DNA of 17,181 bases from Utricularia gibba. Taxonomy: Eukaryota; Plantae; Magnoliophyta. Shown piece after piece: positions 9,591-17,181 of the stretch; position 1 is the stretch's first letter; the number at the start of each line of letters is the position of its first letter. A program made the position numbers and the translations under genes. The notes beneath the pieces were generated by a model. That model had not been told where the DNA came from. It saw nothing but the letters and a program-made list of their open reading frames with translations, and did no database searches. The DNA lies in the NCBI GenBank assembly GCA_002189035.1, contig NEEC01000512.1, forward strand, positions 1-17,181, read 5' to 3'.

Positions 9591-10323
9591 CCTGGTTATA
9601 TTCATATTGTGCATTTTGGTGAGGAGAGCAGATTCACCATAAGTTTTCTCAACTTCATTACCATCTCTTAGTTCCAATCTCTTTTCTGTAGATTGCAACT
9701 CAATCATGATCTCTCTAAATGTTGGCTCTGGTGTAACAGGATATTCAGGATACAGCTGATGGAGCTTTCCTTCAATAATGTCAAGGATTTTTCTTTCTGT
9801 CTCAAGTGCACATAACTTTGGCTCGAATCTTGCAGGTAGGCTCATGATTGCCTTGCTAATCACCTTTTGATCCTCAAGTTTTTCCCCCAATCCTCGAATC
9901 TCCTTCACAAGCTTCGCAGTACGTTCATAATAGACTTGTATGGTTTCATTGTCTAACATTTTGTTCCTCTCAAAGTCCTCCAGCTTGTTTTTGCATAATA
10001 TCTCTCTGAGTTTGGCATCGCCTTCATAATGGGATTTGAGAGTATCCCATATTTCTTTTGCTGATTGACACTCTGCAATATCATCAAATAGATGTTCAGA
10101 GATGGCTTGATACAAGGCATCCATTGCTTCATCTTTTCTCTGTTGAAGATACTCAGCTTCCTTGCTGTTCTGATGTGGATTTGCTTGTTATTGTAATAGC
10201 CGGAATCTCCCTTTCAACAACATCCCAAATCTTTCTGACCCGAAGGTAGCTGCGCATCTTTTTGACCCAGCTTCCATACTCTGAACCATCAAATATTGGA
10301 GGTCCTCTACCAGATGCCATCAT
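9570..10323 (-). pseudogene. gag: gag copy 3 with an apparent 2-bp frameshift near 10160 (possibly a consensus error)
   Basis: Reads AGCTTCCTTGC where the other copies read AGCTTCCTCTTGC. The downstream 184 aa are identical to copy 2. Confidence 0.8.
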
Positions 10324-10429
10324 AGCCACCGCTTGACAAGCTTTGGGTTGATACTTGGTAATCTACCAAGTAAAAAACGCTGAACGGTATATAAAATACT
10401 GAAACGAACACAGGTTTGAGAACCTTACT

Positions 10430-10441
10430 GCTCTGATACCA
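10430..10441 (-). other. tRNA-iMet PBS, copy 3
   Basis: TGGTATCAGAGC on the minus strand, adjacent to the LTR. Confidence 0.93.
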
Positions 10442-10764
10442 TGTTGTTGCAAGAAAAATAGAGTCTTGGGAAGTAACAAAAAGGTAATGCTTATGAGATC
10501 ACCTTGGATGAAAAACGACTCATGAACAATAAGAATGACCGAAAACCTAATTGACACATTTCTAGTAGGGCTTATATATACCAAATACCTAGGTTACCCA
10601 ACAGTGGGCCACAATCATTGAAAAACACAAAAAAGCCCAACAACTCGAATCCAACACTTCCATGCTCGAACCCAACACCTTTTTTTATCTGAAATATGAC
10701 ATTATGACACAAGTTTAGTTCTTCCAATCACCTTCAAGCTTTGGATTGAGGCTGATCTCCAACA
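10442..10764 (-). repeat. LTR, 323 bp, copy 3
   Basis: As copy 1. Confidence 0.9.
10571..10580 (-). promoter_or_regulatory. Putative LTR TATA box, copy 3
   Basis: TATATATAAG on the minus strand, same position in the LTR. Confidence 0.65.
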
Positions 10765-12731
10765 CTTGGTCCGAGCCCCTGATTCTTTATGGCTCATGAG
10801 GACAAAAGGATGCAAATCGATGAATACAATGATGCAATTGTTTAAATTACGATATCACGTGCACCCTACATGATTTTTTCAACAACTTACTTTATACTTG
10901 AGGAGGTGGTCTTGGGGGGCAAGAGGAACCGGACAAAGGTCAGCTTATGCTTGGGTCGAAAGTAAGTTGTAGCCTGACAAAAAGTGATCTATTTATTAAC
11001 GTTCGGTTTTCGGGGCTACCTACATGGTTTTTCAAGGAACCGCTTCTCGTTTTGTGGCGGCCAGTCTCGCTGGGAACTTGGTCCTTTACCCCGATTCTGT
11101 ATGGCTCATGGGGTCAACCGGATGCAAATCGAAGAAAAAAAATGATGCATTTGTTTAAATTACGATATCACGTGCACCCTACATGATTTTTCGACAACTT
11201 ACTTTATACATGGGGAGGCGGTCTTGGGGGGTACCTGGAACTGGAAAATGGTCAGCGTAGGCTTGGGCCGATAGTAAGTTGTAGCCCGACAAATAAAGTA
11301 ATGTATTTATTATCGTTCGGTTTTCGGAAGCTGCCTAAATGCTTTTTGAAAGAACATCTTCTCGTTTTATGGCGGCCAGTCTCGCTGGGAACTTGGTCCT
11401 TGACCCTGGTTCTGTATGGCTCATGGGGTCAACCGGATGCAAATCGATGAAAAAAATGATGCATTTGTTTAAATTGCGATATCACGTGCACCCCACATGA
11501 TTTTTTCAACAACTTACTTTATACTTGAGGAGGCGATCTTAGGGTGCACCTCGAACAGGACAAAGGTAAGGTTTGGCTTGCGCCGAGAGTTAGTTGTAGC
11601 CCGACAAATAAAGTGATGTATTTATTATCGTTCGGTTTTCGGGGGCTGCCTACATGGTTTTTCAAGGAACCGCTTCTCGTTTTGTGGTGGCCAGTCTCGC
11701 TGGGAACTTGGTCCTTGACCCCGATTCTGTATTGCTCATGAGGTCAACCGGATGCAAATCAATTAAAAAAAATGATGCATTTGTTTAAATTACGATGTCA
11801 CGTGCACCCCACATGATTTTTTTAACAACATACTTTATACATGAGGAGGCAGTCTTTGAGTGCATTTGGAACGGGACAAAGGTAAGGTTTTGCGTGCACC
11901 GAAAGTAAGTTGTAGCCCGGCAAAGAAAGTGATGTATTTATTAACGTTCGGTTTTCAGGGTTGCCTACATGGTTTTCCAAGGAAAAGCTTTTCGTTTTGT
12001 GGCGGCCGCTCTCGCTGGGCACTTGGTCCGGGCCCCTGATTCTTTATGGCTCATGAGGACAAAATGATGCAAATCGATGAAAATAATGATGCATTTGTTT
12101 AAATTACGATGTCGCGTGCACCCCAAATGATTTTTTTAACAACATACTTTATACATGAGGAGGCGGTCTTGGGGGGCACTTGGAACCGGAAAAAGATCAG
12201 CTTAGGCTTGGGCCGAAAGTAAGTTGTAGCCCGGCAAAGAAAGTGATGTATTTATTATCGTTCGGTTTTTGGGGTTGCCTACATGGTTTTTCAAGGAACA
12301 TCTTCTCGTTTTGTGGGGCTAGTTTCGCTGGGAACTTGGTCCTTGACCCCGATTCTGTATGGCTCATGGGGTCAACCGGATGCAAATCGAAGAAAAAAAT
12401 GATGCATTTGTTTAAATTACGATATCACGTGCACCCTACATGATTTTTTCGACAACTTACTTTATACATGGGGAGGCGGTCTTGGGGGGTACTGGAACCG
12501 GAAAATGGTCAGCTTAGGCTTGGGCCGATAGTAAGTTGTAGCCCGGCAAAGAAAGTGATGTATTTATTATCGTTCGGTTTACGGGGGCTTCCTAAATGCT
12601 TTTTGAAAGAACATCTTCTCGTTCTATGGCGGCCAGTCTCGCTGGGAACTTGGTCCTTGACCCTGGTTCTGTATGGCTCATGGGGTGATGAAAAAAAATG
12701 ATGCATTTGTTTAAATTACGGTATCACGTGC
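10765..12731. repeat. ~315-bp satellite array, segment 4 (partial monomer plus 6 monomers), near-identical to segment 3
   Basis: Landmark at 10829, 11142, 11456, 11772, 12086, 12399 and 12698. The monomer variants occur in the same order as in 7627-9590. Confidence 0.97.
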
Positions 12732-13463
12732 CCTGGTTATATTCATATTGTGCATTTTGGTGAGGAGAGCAGATTCACCATAAGTTTTCTCAACTTCATT
12801 ACCATCTCTTAGTTCCAATCTCTTTTCTGTAGATTGCAACTCAATCATGATCTCTCTAAATGTTGGCTCTGGTGTAACAGGATATTCAGGATACAGCTGA
12901 TGGAGCTTTCCTTCAATAATGTCAAGGATTTTTCTTTCTGTCTCAAGTGCACATAACTTTGGCTCGAATCTTGCAGGTAGGCTCATGATTGCCTTGCTAA
13001 TCACCTTTTGATCCTCAAGTTTTTCCCCCAATCCTCGAATCTCCTTCACAAGCTTCGCAGTACGTTCATAATAGACTTGTATGGTTTCATTGTCTAACAT
13101 TTTGTTCCTCTCAAAGTCCTCCAGCTTTTTTTGCATAATATCTCTCTGAGTTTGGCATCGCCTTCATAATGGGATTTGAGAGTATCCCATATTTCTTTTG
13201 CTGATTGACACTCTGCAATATCATCAAATAGATGTTCAGAGATGGCTTGATACAAGGCATCCATTGCTTCATCTTTTCTCTGTTGAAGATACTCAGCTTC
13301 CTCTTGCTGTTCTGATGTGGATTTGCTTGTTATTGTAATAGCCGGAATCTCCCTTTCAACAACATCCCAAATCTTTCTGACCCGAAGGTAGCTGCGCATC
13401 TTTTTGACCCAGCTTCCATACTCTGAACCATCAAATTGGAGGTCCTCTACCAGATGCCATCAT
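12711..13463 (-). pseudogene. gag: gag copy 4 with apparent 1-bp (~13128) and 2-bp (~13435) deletions (possibly consensus errors)
   Basis: CAGCTTTTTTTGC versus CAGCTTGTTTTTGC, and CAAATTGG versus CAAATATTGG. The 101-aa and 141-aa ORF pieces match copy 2. Confidence 0.8.
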
Positions 13464-13569
13464 AGCCACCGCTTGACAAGCTTTGGGTTGATACTTGGTA
13501 ATCTACCAAGTAAAAAACGCTGAACGGTATATAAAATACTGAAACGAACACAGGTTTGAGAACCTTACT

Positions 13570-13581
13570 GCTCTGATACCA
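13570..13581 (-). other. tRNA-iMet PBS, copy 4
   Basis: TGGTATCAGAGC on the minus strand, adjacent to the LTR. Confidence 0.93.
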
Positions 13582-13902
13582 TGTTGTTGCAAGAAAAATA
13601 GAGTCTTGGGAAGTAACAAAAAGGTAATGCTTATGAGATCACCTTGGATGAAAAACGACTCATGAACAATAAGAATGACCGAAAACCTAATTGACATGCA
13701 TTTCTAGTAGGGCTTATATATACCAACCTAGGTTACCCAACAGTGGGCCACAATCATTGAAAACACACAAAAGCCCAACAACTCGAATCCAACACTTCCA
13801 TGCTCGAACCCAACACCTTTTTTTATCTGAAATATGACATTATGACACAAGTTTAGTTCTTCCAATCACCTTCAAGCTTTGGATTGAGGCTGATCTCCAA
13901 CA
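13582..13902 (-). repeat. LTR, 321 bp, copy 4
   Basis: As copy 1. Confidence 0.9.
13713..13722 (-). promoter_or_regulatory. Putative LTR TATA box, copy 4
   Basis: TATATATAAG on the minus strand, same position in the LTR. Confidence 0.65.
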
Positions 13903-16900
13903 CTTGGTCCGCCCCCTGATTCTTTATGGCTCATGAGGACAAAAGGATGCAAATCGATGAATACAATGATGCAATTGTTTAAATTACGATATCACGTGCA
14001 CCCTACATGATTTTTTCAACAACTTACTTTATACTTGAGGAGGTGGTCTTGGGGGGCAAGAGGAACCGGACAAAGGTCAGCTTATGCTTGGGTCGAAAGT
14101 AAGTTGTAGCCTGACAAAGAAAGTGATCTATTTATTAACGTTCGGTTTTCGGGGCTACCTACATGGTTTTTCAAGGAACCGCTTCTCGTTTTGTGGCGGC
14201 CAGTCTCGCTGGGAACTTGGTCCTTTACCCCGATTCTGTATGGCTCATGAGGTCAACCGAATGCAAATCGATTAAAAAAAATGATGCATTTGTTTAAATT
14301 GCGATATGACGTGCACCCCACATGATTTTTTTCAACAACTTTCTTTATACTTGGGGAGGCGGTCTTGGGGTGCACCTGGAACGGGACAAAGGTCAGCTTA
14401 GGCTTGGGCAGAAAGTAAGTTGTAGCCCGGCAAATAAAGTGATAAATTTGATATCGTTCGGTTTTCGGGGGCTACCTACATGGTTTTTTACAGGAACCGC
14501 TTCTCGTTTTGTGGCGGCCAGTCTCGCTGGGAACTTGGTCTTTGACCCCGATTCTGTATGGCTCATGAGGTCAACCGGATGCAAATCGATTAAAAAAATG
14601 ATGCATTTGTTTAAATTGCGGTATGACGTGCACCCCACATGATTTTTTTCAACAACTTACTTTATACTTGAGGAGGCGGTCTTGGGGTGCACTGGAACGG
14701 GACAAAGGTCAGCTTAGGCTTGGGCAGAAAGTAAGTTGTAGCCCGGCAAAGAAAGTGATGTATTTATTATCGTTTGGTTTTCGGGGGCTGCCTACATGGT
14801 TTTTCAAGGAACCGCTTCTCGTTTTGTAGCGGCCAGTCTCGCTGGGAACTTGGTCCTTGACCCCGATTCTGTATGGCTCATGAGGTCAACCGGATGCAAA
14901 TCGATTAAAAAAATGATGCATTTGTTTAAATTGCGATATCACGTGCACCCCACATGATTTTTTTCAACAACTTACTTTATACTTGGGGAGGTGGTCTTGG
15001 GGTGCACCTGGAACGGGACAAAGGTAAGGTTTGGCTAGCGCCGAGAGTTAGTTGTAGCCCGACAAATAAAGTGATAAATTTGATATCGTTCGGTTTTCGG
15101 GGCTACCTACATGGTTTTTCAAGGAACCGCTTCTCGTTTTGTGGCGGCCAGTCTCGCTGGGAACTTGGTCCTTTACCCCGATTCTGTATGGCTCATGAGG
15201 TCAACCGAATGCAAATCGATTAAAAAAAATGATGCATTTGTTTAAATTGCGATATGACGTGCACCCCACATGATTTTTTTCAACAACTTACTTTATACTT
15301 GGGGAGGCGGTCTTGGGGTGCACCTGGAACGGGACAAAGGTAAGGTTTGGCTAGCGCCGAGAGTTAGTTGTAGCCCGACAAAGAAAGTGATAAATTTGAT
15401 ATCGTTCGGTTTTCAGGGGCTACCTACATGGTTTTTACAGGAACCGCTTCTCGTTTTGTGGCGGCCAGTCTCGCTGGGAACTTGGTCTTTGACCCCGATT
15501 CTGTATGGCTCATGAGGTCAACCGAATGCAAATCGATTAAAAAAAATGATGCATTTGTTTAAATTGCGATATGACGTGCACCCCACATGATTTTTTTCAA
15601 CAACTTACTTTATACTTGGGGAGGCGGTATTGGGGTGCACCTGGAACGGGACAAAGGTCAGCTTAGGCTTGGACAGAAAGTAAGTTGTAGCCCGGCAAAT
15701 AAAGTGATAAATTTGATATCGTTCGGTTTTCGGTGGCTGCCTACATGGTTTTTCATGGAATCGCTTCTCATTTTGTGGCGGCCAGTCTCGCTGGGAACTT
15801 GATCCGGGCCCCCGATTCTTTATAGCTCATGAGGACAAAAGGATGCAAATCGATGAATACAATGATGCATTTGTTTAAATTACGATATCACGTGCACCCA
15901 CATGATTTTTTCAACAACTTACTTTATACTTGAGGAGGTGGTCTTGGGGGGCAAGAGGAACCGGACAAAGGTCAGCTTATGGTGGGGCCGAAAGTAAGTT
16001 GTAGCCTGGCAAAGAAAGTGATCTATTTATTAACGTTCGGTTTTCCGGGTTGCCTACATGGTTTTTCAAGGAACCGCTTCTCGTTTTGTGGCGGCCAGTC
16101 TCGCTGGGAACTTGGTCCTTGACCCCGATTCTGTATGGCTCATGAGGTCAGCCGGATGGAAATCGATTAAAAGAAATGATGCATTTGTTTAAATTGCGAT
16201 ATCACGTGCACCCCACATGATTTTTTCAACAACTTACTTTATACTTGAAGAGGCGGTCTTTGGGTGCAAGAGGAACGGGACAAAAGTCAGCTTAGGCTTG
16301 GGCCGAAAGGAAGTTGTAGCCCGGCAAAGAAAGTGATGTATTTATTATCGTTTGGTTTTCGGGGCTGCCTACATGGTTTTTCAAGGAACCGCTTCTCGTT
16401 TTGTAGCGGCCAGTCTCGATGGGAACTTGGTCCTTGACCCGATTCTGTATGGCTCATGAGGTCAACCGGATGCAAGTCGATTAAAAAAAATGATGCATTT
16501 GTTTAAATTGCGATATCACGTGCACCCCACATGATTTTTTTCAAACAACTTACTTTATACTTGAGGAGGCGGTCTTGGGGTGCAGCTGGAACGGGACAAA
16601 GGTAAGGTTTGGCTTGCGCCGAGAGTTAGTTGTAGCCCGACAAAGAAAGTGATAAATTTGATATCGTTCGGTTTTCAGGGGCTACCTACATGGTTTTTCA
16701 AGGAACCGCTTCTCGTTTTGTGGCGGCCAGTCTCGCTGGAACTTGGTCCTTTACCCCGATTCTGTATGGCTCATGAGGTCAACCGAATGCAAATCGATTA
16801 AAAAAAATGATGCATTTGTTTAAATTGCGATATGACGTGCACCCCACATGATTTTTTTCAACAACTTACTTTATACTTGGGGAGGGGTATTGGGGTGCAC

Positions 16901-17181
16901 CTGGAACGGGACAAAGGTCAGCTTAGGCTTGGACAGAAAGTAAGTTGTAGCCCGGCAAATAAAGTGATAAATTTGATATCGTTCGGTTTTCGGTGGCTGC
17001 CTACATGGTTTTTCATGGAATCGCTTCTCATTTTGTGGCGGCCAGTCTCGCTGGGAACTTGATCCGGGCCCCCGATTCTTTATAGCTCATGAGGACAAAA
17101 GGATGCAAATCGATGAATACAATGATGCATTTGTTTAAATTACGATATCACGTGCACCCCACATGATTTTTTCAACAACTT
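13903..17181. repeat. ~315-bp satellite array, segment 5 (about 10.4 monomers, different variant set)
   Basis: Landmark at 13966, 14281, 14598, 14913, 15229, 15546, 15862, 16176, 16490, 16807 and 17122 (spacing 314-317). Most monomers carry GATAAATTTGATATCG and/or ATCGATTAAAA variants. Confidence 0.97.

Larger units (their letters stand above)
9591..10764 (-). mobile_element. 3'-truncated Ty1/copia element, copy 3, 1174 bp
   Basis: Same junctions. Differs from copy 2 by small deletions and one rearranged A/C run. Confidence 0.93.
12732..13902 (-). mobile_element. 3'-truncated Ty1/copia element, copy 4, 1171 bp
   Basis: Same junctions. Differs from copy 2 only by 1-3 bp deletions. Confidence 0.93.
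4813..14226. repeat. Three tandem copies of a ~3.14-kb composite HOR (about 6.3 satellite monomers plus the copia fragment)
   Basis: Element starts at 6448, 9591 and 12732 (spacings 3143 and 3141). The monomer variants recur in the same order in each unit. Units are approximately 4813-7950, 7951-11087 and 11088-14226. Confidence 0.9.

Noticed and set aside
10058-10249. 63-aa plus-strand ORF antisense to gag
   Set aside because: It exists only because of the 2-bp deletion in copy 3, which is probably an error.
71-17062. Dozens of 60-133 aa ORFs in the satellite, on both strands
   Set aside because: They are recurring translations of the same non-coding monomer in shifting frames, with no recognisable domain. 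Their boundaries change with homopolymer indels.
1-17181. Naming the satellite family or host, or calling it centromeric versus subtelomeric
   Set aside because: Monomer length alone is not diagnostic. A similar size is reported for Silene X43.1 (~313 bp), but I cannot verify sequence identity without a search. No telomere arrays or centromere marks are visible in the sequence.
1-17181. CRISPR array or prokaryotic operon interpretation
   Set aside because: Repeat units are ~315 bp with no unique spacers or cas genes. The only coding sequence is a eukaryotic retrotransposon gag.

Overview
This window is a eukaryotic, most likely plant, satellite-DNA array. It holds about 40 monomer-equivalents of a ~315-bp tandem repeat, and each monomer is itself a diverged dimer of ~157+158 bp. 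The array is interrupted four times (835-2011, 6448-7626, 9591-10764, 12732-13902) by the same ~1.18-kb minus-strand fragment of a Ty1/copia LTR retrotransposon. Each fragment has one ~325-bp LTR (TGTTG...CAACA), a tRNA-iMet primer-binding site, a ~105-bp leader and the 5' part of gag. There is no pol, no canonical PPT and no second LTR of its own. All four copies share identical junctions, so this is one insertion and one truncation that were later amplified inside a composite ~3.14-kb higher-order repeat (HOR). The HOR is present as three complete tandem copies (~4813-14226), plus a longer 5.6-kb variant on the left. Most interesting points: (1) the HOR is almost exactly 10 satellite monomers long, so the satellite register is kept across the insertion; (2) the satellite supplies the last 6 codons and the stop of the truncated Gag; (3) tandem amplification has rebuilt an LTR-PBS-gag-satellite-LTR architecture; (4) the element marks the border between two satellite variant domains, and the crossover that made the HOR maps to a 23-bp window. 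All other ORFs in the track are judged spurious. Coordinates were counted by hand and may be off by a few bases. No database search was run, and neither the organism nor the satellite family can be named from sequence alone.
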